The position numbers were made by a program, and so were the translations under genes. A stretch of DNA of 64,000 nt from the NCBI GenBank assembly GCA_965230515.1, contig OZ246007.1, positions 23,196 through 87,195 of the forward strand, read 5' to 3'. Below the pieces are notes generated by a model, which was not told where the DNA came from, ran no database searches, and saw nothing but the letters and a program-made list of their open reading frames with translations. The first letter of the stretch is position 1, and each line of letters starts with the position of its first letter. The DNA comes from Pseudomonadales bacterium (GTDB lineage Bacteria > Pseudomonadota > Gammaproteobacteria > Pseudomonadales > IMCC2047). Below, piece by piece: positions 9,434 to 19,647 of this stretch.

Positions 9434-9491
9434 GCTGTGTCGAAATCGCTGCCATTTTGCAATAGATGCCAGGTTCCGTATCAGGTCTAAT
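9434..9491 (+). promoter_or_regulatory. Operator/promoter copy 2
   Basis: GCTGTgtcgAAATCGCTGCCATTTTGCAATAGATG, then a 17-bp spacer and TCTAAT; 27/35 identical to the copy at 14723. Confidence 0.7.
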
Positions 9492-9512
9492 CAAGTCAAT
9501 GAGAAAAGAAGT

Positions 9513-10529
9513 ATGAGCGATTCCGGAATGCAAAAAAATAGTGATCAGAAAGACACAGATATTAATCTTTCGGTAGTAGGCGTGGGGCGTATGGGTTGTG
9601 GCATTGCCCTTAGCTTTGCTTATGCGGGTTATGATGTTTCACTGGTGGATAGTGAAGAGCGGTCGCAGCAGGATTTCGCGACGCTGGTTGAATCGACAAT
9701 TCCGGCAATACAGGCTGACCTGGATTTTCTGAAGGGCGTCAAGGTGATCGGTGAGTCGCAGGCGCAGGCGATTTTCGAGCGTATTCATTTTGTCTCGAGA
9801 GTTGACGCAAATAGCTGTTTGGGTGAAGCAGACTTTGTTTTCGAGGCGGTGTCTGAAGTAGTGGATATCAAGCGAAGCACTTATGCCTGGTTGAACGAGA
9901 CAGCCTATGAACAAGCTATTTTTGCCTCCACCACTTCGACCATGCTGGCCAACACCCTGGCAGAATTTGTAGAAAACAAAACACGATTCTGTAATGCCCA
10001 CTGGCTCAATCCGGCTTATCTGATGCCGCTGATAGAAATTAGTCCCGCAGAGAGCACCAGTGAGCAGACTGTAGACCGCCTTCAGGCGCTGTTTGAGAAG
10101 ATTGGTAAAGTGCCGGTAATTTGCGCTGCATCACCCGGCTATATCGTTTCACGGCTCCAGGCTCTGGTGCTGAACGAATCGGCGCGTATGGTGGAAGAGG
10201 GAGTAGCGTCGGCTGAGGATATTGATAAAGCTGTTCAGGTTGGTTTCGGTGTGCGTTATGCGATTCTCGGTATGCTTGAGTTTGTCGACTGGGGTGGCGG
10301 TGACATACTTTATTATGCCTGTAACTATCTGGCGGACAACATTGATCAGCAGCGTTTTGCACCGGCTGATATCGTTAGGCAGAACATGGAAAACAATAAA
10401 AACGGATTGCGCGATGGCGAAGGGTTTTATGATTATAAAGATCGCGATATCGACGCCTACCGTAATGAAAAGCTGGCTGCTTTCGTTGGCCTGCTGGAGC
10501 ATTTGAAATTAATGCCAGACCCTGGTTAG
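9513..10529 (+). CDS. 3-hydroxyacyl-CoA dehydrogenase family protein
   Basis: VVGVGRMGCGIA Rossmann motif, FEAV.E, ASTTST, NAHWLNPAYLMPL.E; start 9513 or 9528. Confidence 0.88.
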   Translation: MSDSGMQKNSDQKDTDINLSVVGVGRMGCGIALSFAYAGYDVSLVDSEERSQQDFATLVESTIPAIQADLDFLKGVKVIGESQAQAIFERIHFVSRVDANSCLGEADFVFEAVSEVVDIKRSTYAWLNETAYEQAIFASTTSTMLANTLAEFVENKTRFCNAHWLNPAYLMPLIEISPAESTSEQTVDRLQALFEKIGKVPVICAASPGYIVSRLQALVLNESARMVEEGVASAEDIDKAVQVGFGVRYAILGMLEFVDWGGGDILYYACNYLADNIDQQRFAPADIVRQNMENNKNGLRDGEGFYDYKDRDIDAYRNEKLAAFVGLLEHLKLMPDPG

Positions 10530-10672
10530 GGTGTGGGTTGTAAGTAAGCAGTTCTTAAAACCATCTTTGGGGGAAGTTCGATTACTGTGTTGAGAGGAAA
10601 TTTTGGTGCTAAAAATAATAGAGATAGCTAGCGCAAAATCCGTGTAGTTCATTTACAGAGTGTGAGGGATAA

Positions 10673-13039
10673 ATGATGAAGACAGTTAAATATGGGTTAA
10701 CCCCACTGATAGCCACGAGTTTGCTGGCGACCAGTGGTATTCAGGCGGAGGAGAGCAGCGCAGGCTTTGCTCTGGAAGAGGTGGTGGTAACTGCCCGAAA
10801 AAGGGAAGAGAGTTTACAGGATACTCCTGTTGCAGTATCAGCGTTCACTGCGAACGAATTGAAACTGCGGAATATTAAATCTACAGACAAGTTGGGTGAT
10901 GTGACGCCTAACCTGACCTTTGATTCCAATGCGCCTTCCGGCGGCATGAATTCTTCTTCCCAGATATTTATTCGTGGCATAGGTCAGACCGACTTTACTG
11001 CGGTGACTGATCCCGGTGTCGGGCTCTATGTGGATGGTGTCTATTATTCACGATCAATAGGTGGTTCGCTGGATTTTCTGGATATGGAGCGTATTGAAAT
11101 TTTACGTGGTCCGCAGGGTACGCTGTTTGGTCGTAATACCATCGGCGGTGCAGTATCACTGCATACCAAAAGACCGGCAGAAGAGTTTGGCGGCAGTGTT
11201 GCGCTGGAGATAGGTGATGACGATATGCGCAATATTACGGCAGATCTGGATATGCCGATATCCGACACGCTACTCAGCAAGTTGAGCGTTAGCAGCCGCA
11301 AGCGTGATGGTTATGTGAAGCGTGTGTTTGACGGCAAAGAACTGGGTGATGACGATGTTCTGTCAGCGAGACTGGCATTGCAATGGATGCCGAGCGATAC
11401 GCTGGATGTTTTTTTTACGGCAGATTACACCAAGGAGCGTGAACAGGGAGCGCCGTCCTCATCGCTTGGTGTGAATGATCAGGGTACGTTTGCGATGCTG
11501 ACCAACGTGTTTCTGATTCCCACCTGTCCGCTAGGACCTCCTCCGGGACCTCCTGGGCCTGCTCGTGACACGATGAATAACCCTAACTGCCTGAATTTCT
11601 CTCGTAACAAGGGGCCCTATGTCAGTGAGGGTACTGCACCTGTCGCTTCTGAACTGGATTTCTTTGGTTTCAGTTTGACCGCAACCTGGGAGCTCAGTGA
11701 GAATATTACTGTTAAGTCAATTACCGCCTATCGCGATATGGATTCGTTTTCTGCTCGCGATGCTGATAACACAGAGTATCAGGTTTTTCATACCCAAGAC
11801 TTCTTTGAACATGACCAGCTAAGCCAGGAATTACAATTTAGCGGTTTGGCATTGGACGGGACCTTGAAGTGGCTGGTTGGTCTCTACTATTTTGAAGAGG
11901 AGGCCGATAACCCCAACCCTGTTGAGTTTCCTGTACCTTTCGTGGGTAATTTTACCAGTGGTGGTCAGACGGATAACGACAATTTCGCTGTATTTGGACA
12001 GGCGACCTGGGATATGACGGATCAGCTGCATTTGACGCTGGGTTTACGTTTTACGGATGAAACCAAGCGCTTTTCGCCGTATTCCTTTATTCCGGAAGGT
12101 GGGTTTTATGTGAAAGGTGGACCGGGAAGTCCAGCGGTACGTTTCTATGACTGTCCAACAGGAACAGAGCCGGGATGTGTTACCGCAGGTCGTCTTTTCA
12201 CACCGGGTGATCGCTTAATTCCAGAAGGCGAATATGAAGAGTCTTTTGATGATTGGACGCCGATGGTCAATATCGCCTACGATCTGACCGATGAGGTGAT
12301 GATCTATTTGACCTACTCTGAAGGATTCAAGAGTGGTGGTTTCGATCAGCGCTTCAACGTCGAGTTTCTGGATGGCCCCACCTCATTTGACCCTGAAACA
12401 GCGACTACCTACGAAATTGGTATGAAGTCATCCTGGTTGGATAACCGCATGCGCCTGAATATTGCAGCGTTTTTCACCGATTATGAAGATCAGCATATAA
12501 TTGTCCGTGAAGGCTTTGCGCCGGTTACATTTAACGCTGGTGAATCGGAGATTCAGGGTTTTGAGCTGGAAACCAGTTTTGTGCCGACGGATGCCTGGAT
12601 GCTGCAGGCGACGGTAGGTTACATTGATGCAGAATATTCCAAGCTGGATCCAACGGTAATTGCCAATGGCGGTATTGATACCGGTTCATCGTTGGCACAA
12701 ACACCGGAGTGGTCGACCAATCTGGGTGTGGCTTACACCACAGAGCTGGGTGACTGGGGTACGTTGACACCGAGAGTTGATTGGTCCTATAAGAGCGAGT
12801 CTTATAATGACGCGATTAATACACCACAGCTACGCCAGGGATCTTACCACCTGCTGAATGCTTCAGTTTCCTTTTTAAGTGCTGATGAAGCCTGGGAAGT
12901 GGTGTTGTCAGGACGTAACCTCCACAGTGAGCTGTACCTGATGACAGGTAATTCGGCGCTGGCAACGGGTGCTTCTTATGCGGAAGGCCTGTGGGCGCGT
13001 CAAACTGAGTGGAGCTTGTCAGCGAAATACAGTTTTTAA
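10673..13039 (+). CDS. TonB-dependent outer-membrane receptor
   Basis: Signal peptide, LEEVVVTARKREESLQ, ERIEILRGPQGTLFGRNTIGGAV, terminal YSF. Confidence 0.96.
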   Translation: MMKTVKYGLTPLIATSLLATSGIQAEESSAGFALEEVVVTARKREESLQDTPVAVSAFTANELKLRNIKSTDKLGDVTPNLTFDSNAPSGGMNSSSQIFIRGIGQTDFTAVTDPGVGLYVDGVYYSRSIGGSLDFLDMERIEILRGPQGTLFGRNTIGGAVSLHTKRPAEEFGGSVALEIGDDDMRNITADLDMPISDTLLSKLSVSSRKRDGYVKRVFDGKELGDDDVLSARLALQWMPSDTLDVFFTADYTKEREQGAPSSSLGVNDQGTFAMLTNVFLIPTCPLGPPPGPPGPARDTMNNPNCLNFSRNKGPYVSEGTAPVASELDFFGFSLTATWELSENITVKSITAYRDMDSFSARDADNTEYQVFHTQDFFEHDQLSQELQFSGLALDGTLKWLVGLYYFEEEADNPNPVEFPVPFVGNFTSGGQTDNDNFAVFGQATWDMTDQLHLTLGLRFTDETKRFSPYSFIPEGGFYVKGGPGSPAVRFYDCPTGTEPGCVTAGRLFTPGDRLIPEGEYEESFDDWTPMVNIAYDLTDEVMIYLTYSEGFKSGGFDQRFNVEFLDGPTSFDPETATTYEIGMKSSWLDNRMRLNIAAFFTDYEDQHIIVREGFAPVTFNAGESEIQGFELETSFVPTDAWMLQATVGYIDAEYSKLDPTVIANGGIDTGSSLAQTPEWSTNLGVAYTTELGDWGTLTPRVDWSYKSESYNDAINTPQLRQGSYHLLNASVSFLSADEAWEVVLSGRNLHSELYLMTGNSALATGASYAEGLWARQTEWSLSAKYSF

Positions 13040-13090
13040 TAAGATTGGATTATTGGGCCGGCAAAAAGGCCTTGGTACGAAGGGAGCTTT

Positions 13091-13120
13091 CACCCCGGTT
13101 GGCGATGTCCAACCGGGGTG
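13091..13120 (+). other. Intercistronic 12-bp hairpin (mRNA stabiliser or partial terminator)
   Basis: CACCCCGGTTGG-cgatgt-CCAACCGGGGTG with no immediate U tract. Confidence 0.6.
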
Positions 13121-13165
13121 CGTGTGTTTTAGAGAAAATCTGGGCATAACCAACGGAGAATTCAG

Positions 13166-14638
13166 ATGACAAAGGGGTCTACCCGTCGTAGTTTCTTAAA
13201 GAAAATCACATCAGCTTGTGCTGTTGGTGTGGCGATCAGCCTGCAGTCAACGGTAACTTTTGCCAAAAAGGCGGGAGATATGCTGAGTCGTATTAAGGGA
13301 ACCGTGATTCATAAAACCGATAAGTTTTATGAGGTCTGGCGAGAAGGAATGACCTGGTATGTACGTAAACCGAAGCGCTACCCACAGACTATGGTGTTGG
13401 CGAGTTCAACGCAGGACGTTATCAATGCGGTTAACTATGCCCGGGAAAATGGGCTAAAAGTGTCCATTCGTAGTACCGGGCACAGTATTTCCGCCTCTCA
13501 CCTTCGCGATGACTCGGTGATGATAGACCTGTCCCAGCTACGCGAGGTGAGTTTTGATGCCGAGGCTCAAACAGCCTGGCTTCAGCCGGGTATGCGAGCG
13601 CAGGAGTTCCAGGAGCTGGCCAATGCCCAGGGCCTTGCGTTTCCGACTGCACATACCAATGTGGTTGGTTTGGGTGGTTTTTTGCTAGGTGGAGGCTTAG
13701 GCTGGAATCTACAAAAATGGGATATTTCCTGTCGTTCAGTCATCGGTGCTGAAATTGTTACAGCCGATGGTAAGCTGATTAACGTCAATGAAAATGAAAA
13801 TCCGGATTTGTTGTGGGCGATCAGGGGAGCCGGGCCGGGCTTTTTCGGAATTATTGTACGTTATCATGTCAAGATGTATCCAATGCCCAGAGCGATTACC
13901 AAAAGTTCCTATATTCTGACGGAAGAGCACATACCTATGGCCGTAAGTGAGCTTGAAAAGCTGGCCAGGGAAAAAGATATCAATGCTGAAATATTGGGTG
14001 TGTTAAAACACAGTGCGGATATTCCGGGTATGCCTAAAGAGGGGATTGCTTTTATTGTCAGTGTCATTGCTTTTGCCGATAGTAAGGCGCAGGCGCAACA
14101 GATATTGGCGCCTTTTGCCGCTAGCCCGATTGCGGATAAGGCCTATCTGAAAAAAGTTGACAGACCTCATACCTTCCCGGAGCTGTTTGAGGGGCAGCTA
14201 ATTACCGACGCGACCGCACCGGACCGGACCAGTATTGATAATATGTGGACAGACAGACTGGGCGAGGCTGTTCTGAAAATGGTTGATATTTTACGGGAAT
14301 CGGTATCCAAGCGTTCTTTCGTGATCACTGTGTGGGGGGTCAACCCCAGCAAACGTACTGATACCGCGTTACCCCATTTTGCCGATGATTATATGTCCTA
14401 TTATGCACTGGCGGATAAACCTGAGCATACTGAACCAAACTATCTATGGATGGACAAGATCAAAGAGACCATGGATCAGGGGTTTGCCAAAGGACACTAT
14501 ATTAACGAGACGGAGTTCCTGCGCTATCCTGAGCATGTAAAACAGTGCTTTACTGAGGATGGCTGGAAGAGGCTTGGGAAATTGCGTACTCAATATGATC
14601 CACAAGGTTTGTTTCACACCTATATTGGTTATTCCTGA
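13166..14638 (+). CDS. Tat-exported FAD-linked oxidase (VAO/BBE, 6-hydroxy-D-nicotine-oxidase-like fold)
   Basis: STRRSFLK signal, RSTGHS (His for covalent FAD), VGLGGFLLGGG, DLLWAIRGAG, LRTQYDPQGLF. Confidence 0.9.
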   Translation: MTKGSTRRSFLKKITSACAVGVAISLQSTVTFAKKAGDMLSRIKGTVIHKTDKFYEVWREGMTWYVRKPKRYPQTMVLASSTQDVINAVNYARENGLKVSIRSTGHSISASHLRDDSVMIDLSQLREVSFDAEAQTAWLQPGMRAQEFQELANAQGLAFPTAHTNVVGLGGFLLGGGLGWNLQKWDISCRSVIGAEIVTADGKLINVNENENPDLLWAIRGAGPGFFGIIVRYHVKMYPMPRAITKSSYILTEEHIPMAVSELEKLAREKDINAEILGVLKHSADIPGMPKEGIAFIVSVIAFADSKAQAQQILAPFAASPIADKAYLKKVDRPHTFPELFEGQLITDATAPDRTSIDNMWTDRLGEAVLKMVDILRESVSKRSFVITVWGVNPSKRTDTALPHFADDYMSYYALADKPEHTEPNYLWMDKIKETMDQGFAKGHYINETEFLRYPEHVKQCFTEDGWKRLGKLRTQYDPQGLFHTYIGYS

Positions 14639-14722
14639 TGATTAGATTCCGGTAGTCTGATTGCCAGCTGGACAATAATTATAGTTAAGAGCGAGAATAA
14701 CGCTTAACCGCAATTAGTGTGA

Positions 14723-14780
14723 GCTGTACACAAATCGCTGCCATTATGGGATAGACGTATTTCTACCTTTGCTTTTAAAT
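14723..14780 (+). promoter_or_regulatory. Operator/promoter copy 3
   Basis: GCTGTacacAAATCGCTGCCATTATGGGATAGACG, then a 17-bp spacer and TTAAAT; contains a TGCC-N6-GGATA XylS/BenR-like half-site. Confidence 0.7.
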
Positions 14781-14905
14781 GTCCTTGATGGGTTAGTCGT
14801 GCCGTTTGCAAATGACAAAAAGGGCTGTGAATATCAGCCGGTTTTATTTTTCGGACCTCCGGGTCTTTATCGATGAGCAGAATTATAATATAGGAGGCTA
14901 TTTCA

Positions 14906-16345
14906 ATGTCCGATGTTAAACAGACCGAGTTATGGATTAATGGTGAGTGGGTTGCGCCTTCATCAGGAGCCTATTTGGATGATTTTAATCCAGTTGATGA
15001 TTCGCTTTATTCGCGTATTGCCAGCGCTACGCCCGAAGACGTTGATAAGGCGGTGGAAACAGCATTGGTAGCATTCAAGGCGAATAAAGGGTTGCTCGCG
15101 CACCAGAGAGAACTCTGGTTTATGAAAGCGGCTGAGTTGGTTGAACGTGACCGTCAGGAGTTTCTGGATATACTTGTTGATGAAGTCGGTTCGCCGTTGT
15201 TTAAGGCGCAATTTGAAGTGAATTACTGCATTAATGCATTGCGCGCGATTGCCAGTGTGCCTCGACGTATTCGTGGTGAAGTTATTCCCTCAGAGTCACC
15301 GGATGTGTTTAGCATGGCTGTGCGCTCTCCAGTGGGCGTGGTGGCTGCAATTTCACCTTTTAACGTGCCTTTGTTAAAAGTAACCAAACAGTGTGCGATG
15401 CCATTGGCCTGCGGTAACGCAGTAGTCCATATGCCGTCGGAGTTTTCATCGCAGGTATCCATTAAATTTGCGGAAATCTTACATGAAGCCGGTGTGCCCA
15501 ATGGTTTGTTTAACGTTGTGACTGGTAATCCTTTTGAGATTGGCGATGTGCTGACTTCTCACAAAAAAGTACGTTCAATTACTTTCTGCGGGTCACCTGT
15601 CGTAGGCAAGCACGTTGCGCAACTGGCGGCTAAAGATCTCAAACCGCTCACTCTTGAACTGGGCGGCAAAAGCCCCTTGATTGTACTAGATGATGCGGAT
15701 GTTGATGCAGCTGTAGAAGCAGCGGTGTTTGGAATTTTCTTCTTCCAGGGGCAGGCGTGTATGGCTTCAAGTCGAATATTGTTGCAACAAGGAATAGCGG
15801 ATGAGTTTACCGAGAAATTTGTAGCCGCCGCGGGTCAGGTGAGCCTGGGTGATTTGCGATCACCGGAAGCTTTTGTTGGCCCCATTATCAGTGAAAAACA
15901 GCGTAATCGCGTCCGTACTCATATTGAACAGGCTAAGGAGCAGGGTGCAGAGATTCTGGCTGGTGGTGACTGGGAAGGGAATAGATGTAAGCCTACCATT
16001 TTGCGTGGAGTCAATGAAAGCATGGAGGTTTGTCGCAATGAGACTTTTGGCCCGGTCACCAGCCTCTACACTTTTGATACTATTGAAGAAGCAATGGAGC
16101 AGGCCAATGACACAGATTACGGCTTGAGCTTCTCGATATTCACGCGTGATATAGAGAAAGCACTTTCTATGGCGCAGCAGGCAGAGTCAGGTGCGGTGCA
16201 TATCAACCGTCCAACAATTCAGGATGAGCCTAACCCTCCTTTTGGTGGTGCAGGATTAAGCGGATTTGGTCGCGAAGGCACTGAGGCCGAATTGGATGTG
16301 CTGACCGAATGGAAATGGATTACGGTTAATAATCCTAAGGTTTAA
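14906..16345 (+). CDS. Aldehyde dehydrogenase (aromatic aldehyde/vanillin dehydrogenase-like)
   Basis: ISPFNVP, LELGGKSP, QGQACM catalytic Cys, ETFGP, PFGG..SGFGREG. Confidence 0.93.
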   Translation: MSDVKQTELWINGEWVAPSSGAYLDDFNPVDDSLYSRIASATPEDVDKAVETALVAFKANKGLLAHQRELWFMKAAELVERDRQEFLDILVDEVGSPLFKAQFEVNYCINALRAIASVPRRIRGEVIPSESPDVFSMAVRSPVGVVAAISPFNVPLLKVTKQCAMPLACGNAVVHMPSEFSSQVSIKFAEILHEAGVPNGLFNVVTGNPFEIGDVLTSHKKVRSITFCGSPVVGKHVAQLAAKDLKPLTLELGGKSPLIVLDDADVDAAVEAAVFGIFFFQGQACMASSRILLQQGIADEFTEKFVAAAGQVSLGDLRSPEAFVGPIISEKQRNRVRTHIEQAKEQGAEILAGGDWEGNRCKPTILRGVNESMEVCRNETFGPVTSLYTFDTIEEAMEQANDTDYGLSFSIFTRDIEKALSMAQQAESGAVHINRPTIQDEPNPPFGGAGLSGFGREGTEAELDVLTEWKWITVNNPKV

Positions 16346-16450
16346 TCGAAGCGGCGAATTCTGGTTAAAAGGGAAGTGGGCCATCAGGCCCATTTCTCTA
16401 TTGAATGAAAAAGCTCTCTGGAATATCTGGGGGCTTCGGGGTAATAGTAA

Positions 16451-18106
16451 ATGACAAACGATAGAAGTATTACAGTCTCAGACTATTTATTGATGCGCTT
16501 GAAATCCTTGGGAGTGGATCATATTTTTGGTATTCCCGGTGATTTCATCCTTCCATTTTTCCAGAAAATGGAAGGCAGTGGCATTGAACATGTCGCGGCC
16601 TGCAATGAACTTAATGCCGGTTATGCGGCTGATGGCTATGCGCGGATTAGCGGACTGGGGGCAGTTGCAGCGACTTATGGGCCGGGTGCCTTTAGTTTTG
16701 TGAATGCCGCAGCTGGTGCGTTTGCTGAGAGGGTTCCGGTTCTATTTATATCGGGCGGACCGGAAACTGAGTCTTATCAGACACAACCCATTTTGCATCA
16801 CCTGTTACCTGATAAATATGATGCCTCAATGAAAATCTTTGAGCAGGTCACGGCGCACTCCAAACTTGTTGATAATCCTGCCACAGCAACACAGGATATC
16901 GACCGGGCGCTGCAGATCTGTCTGGCAGAGAAGAGACCGGTCTATTTAGAGATTCCCAGGGATATTCAGACTTCTGTGTGTAGTGTGCCGGAACCGTTTG
17001 GAATGATAGATAGCGTTAGTGATGAGCAGTCTTTAACGGAATCCGTAGAGGTGGTCGCGAACCGTATTAAGGCGGGTAAGAGAACGATAATTCTGCCTGG
17101 ACATGAAATTCACCGGTTTAACCTTCAGGATAAGGTTACTGACTTGATCAAGCGTAAAGGACTTCCTTGCGGAACCATGTTTATTGGCAAGGCTGATTTT
17201 ATAGAGCACATGCCTGAATGCATCGGTTTGTATCAGGGAGCAGGTAGTTTGCAACATGTAAAAGATTTTGTCGAAGCTGCGGATAATGTGATCTTTTTAG
17301 GTGCAGTTCCTTCAGATTTTAATCTTGGCGGGTTTACGGCCAAACTCAATGATGAGCAAATGATCAGAGTGTTAGAGGATCGCGTAATATTTGCTGACCA
17401 ACAGTTTGATGCGGTGAAAATAGCTGAATTTATCGATGCTTTGCTGGCTGCATTACCGGATAACCCCGATTTGGAAGCGGAGCGACCGCAACAGGGCTTC
17501 TCCCATAAACCGAGTGTCGCATACGAGCCGGATAGCGATGCGCTGATGAGTAACAAGAGGTTTTACGATCGTATTGTTCATTTTATTCGCCCGGGTGATA
17601 TTGTCTGTGCGGATGCGGGGTGTGCGATTAATTCAAGCCATCTGCAGTTGCCTGAAGGAACTACTTATGTTGCCTCCTGTTATTGGGCCTCTATTGGTAT
17701 GGGCTTTGGTGCTTCACTTGGCGCCTGTTTTGCTGCAAATGAAAACCAGCGGGTTATTGCTCTGGAGGGGGACGGTTCTTTTCAAATGACCGCCCAGGAG
17801 CTTTCCAGCATGGCGCGCTATGGTAAGGCACCGATTATTTTTGTGGTGAATAATAAGGGTTATACTGCGGAGCGTCTGATCCATGATGGTCCATTTAATG
17901 ATATCGCTGACTGGAAATATCATAAGCTGCCGGAAGCATTTGGTGGAAAGGGGTTGGATGTTCATACTGAAGGTGATTTGGAAGAGGCATTGGCGATTGC
18001 TGAAGGCTATAATGGATCGGGAGCGCTTGTGATTGAGGTTCATGTAGACCCTTGGGATGCATCCGAAGCATTCACCTTAATGAGTGAAACGCTACGCGGT
18101 AAATAA
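16451..18106 (+). CDS. Thiamine-diphosphate 2-keto-acid decarboxylase (indolepyruvate/phenylpyruvate decarboxylase family)
   Basis: GIPGDF, CNELNAGYAADGYAR, LHH motif, GDGSFQMT..E..NNKGYT.ER. Confidence 0.92.
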   Translation: MTNDRSITVSDYLLMRLKSLGVDHIFGIPGDFILPFFQKMEGSGIEHVAACNELNAGYAADGYARISGLGAVAATYGPGAFSFVNAAAGAFAERVPVLFISGGPETESYQTQPILHHLLPDKYDASMKIFEQVTAHSKLVDNPATATQDIDRALQICLAEKRPVYLEIPRDIQTSVCSVPEPFGMIDSVSDEQSLTESVEVVANRIKAGKRTIILPGHEIHRFNLQDKVTDLIKRKGLPCGTMFIGKADFIEHMPECIGLYQGAGSLQHVKDFVEAADNVIFLGAVPSDFNLGGFTAKLNDEQMIRVLEDRVIFADQQFDAVKIAEFIDALLAALPDNPDLEAERPQQGFSHKPSVAYEPDSDALMSNKRFYDRIVHFIRPGDIVCADAGCAINSSHLQLPEGTTYVASCYWASIGMGFGASLGACFAANENQRVIALEGDGSFQMTAQELSSMARYGKAPIIFVVNNKGYTAERLIHDGPFNDIADWKYHKLPEAFGGKGLDVHTEGDLEEALAIAEGYNGSGALVIEVHVDPWDASEAFTLMSETLRGK

Positions 18107-18137
18107 CGATAAAAAAGCAAATAGCTGAGAGGAAAAT

Positions 18138-19478
18138 ATGGCAACTGTGGAAATAGATAGTCACGTCGAACAACAACCGGAATCGATGGGTACCGCCTGG
18201 TATATGGTGGTGCTTTGTATGATCGCCTATCTGTTTTCCTTTGTCGACAGGCAAATTGTGGCCTTGTTAATTGAGCCAATTCGAGCCGATTTGGAAATAA
18301 GCGATACTCAGTTTAGTTTGATCCACGGACTGGCATTTGCAATCTTCTATGCGGTGATGGGTTTGCCTATCGCCCGACTGGCGGATACCAAGTCGAGGCC
18401 GGTTATTATAGCTGTTGGTATTGCCGTCTGGAGCGTAGCAACCGCAATCTGTGGGACAGCTAAAAATTTCTGGCAGCTATTCGCCGCGCGCATGGGTGTG
18501 GGTGTCGGAGAGGCGGCACTTTCACCAGCAGCATACTCCATGATTACTGATGCGTTCCCAAAATCCAAGCTGGGTTTGGCGCTTGGTGTTTACTCAATGG
18601 GCTCCTTCCTGGGCGCAGGGCTGGCTTATATCATCGGTGGTGTTGCCATTGATATGGTTAGCAAAATTGGTATTGTTGAGATGCCGGTTATTGGCACGGT
18701 TAAGCCCTGGCAAATGACGTTTTTTATTGTTGGTTTGCCTGGTTTGATTGTGGCGGCGTTGTTTTATCTCACTGTTAAAGATCCCGAACGAAAAGGTGTG
18801 GTTGAGGGTGATAGCGGTTATGCGATTAAGGATGTTTTTGCGTATATTGGTAAAAATAAAGCTGCATTTTCTGCCCACTATGTCGGTTTTGGACTGCTTG
18901 CATTGGTGCTTTATGCGCTGATGTCGTGGGCTCCAGCCTTCTTGTTGCGCAATTACGAACTCACAACTCGAGATGTAGGTATCTATCTCGGAACATTGGT
19001 ATTGATCTGTAATGTCGGTGGCGTCTTGAGCAGTGGTTGGCTTATTGATTTCTTCACCAAGCGGGGCAGAACTGATGCTTCTATGCTTGCAGGTGTGGTC
19101 GGTGGGTTGGGTGCAATAATCCCTGCTGCGCTATTTCCTTTTATGCCATCACTGACATCTACTCTGGTGGTATTGGGAATTGCACTTTATTTTGCCAGCT
19201 TCCCGATGGCCACTTCTGCGGCTGCGCTGCAGCTCATGGCTCCCAACCAAATGCGGGCACAAGTGACAGCCTTGTTCTTCCTGTTTATGAATCTGTTTGG
19301 AATTACAGGTGGCGCGAGCCTGGTGGCAATGTCAACTGATTACCTCTTTCAGGATGAGAAAGCGGTGGGTTTCTCGATGGCTTTGGTAGCGTGTGGAGCT
19401 GCGTTGATTGCGGTTGTGCTGATGGCCCGGGGATTGAAGCCGTTTCGGGCAACAATCGAGAAATTGCAACAATCATAG
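18138..19478 (+). CDS. MFS transporter (spinster-like)
   Basis: SFVDRQI, ARLADTKSR, ARMGVGVGEA, about 12 hydrophobic segments. Confidence 0.93.
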   Translation: MATVEIDSHVEQQPESMGTAWYMVVLCMIAYLFSFVDRQIVALLIEPIRADLEISDTQFSLIHGLAFAIFYAVMGLPIARLADTKSRPVIIAVGIAVWSVATAICGTAKNFWQLFAARMGVGVGEAALSPAAYSMITDAFPKSKLGLALGVYSMGSFLGAGLAYIIGGVAIDMVSKIGIVEMPVIGTVKPWQMTFFIVGLPGLIVAALFYLTVKDPERKGVVEGDSGYAIKDVFAYIGKNKAAFSAHYVGFGLLALVLYALMSWAPAFLLRNYELTTRDVGIYLGTLVLICNVGGVLSSGWLIDFFTKRGRTDASMLAGVVGGLGAIIPAALFPFMPSLTSTLVVLGIALYFASFPMATSAAALQLMAPNQMRAQVTALFFLFMNLFGITGGASLVAMSTDYLFQDEKAVGFSMALVACGAALIAVVLMARGLKPFRATIEKLQQS

Positions 19479-19647
19479 AGGTTGCGATATTGATTGAGTG
19501 AAGTTGATTTAACGATTTGTGGGAGCGTGCATTTAGTTATTAAAAACAAATGGTTAGTTTCCCGGTCTGGTCGCTCAAGTTGACTTTAAAATCTATATGG
19601 GATATACCATCACCTTAAGTTTTTAAGGGCTAGCTAATTAGCATAAG

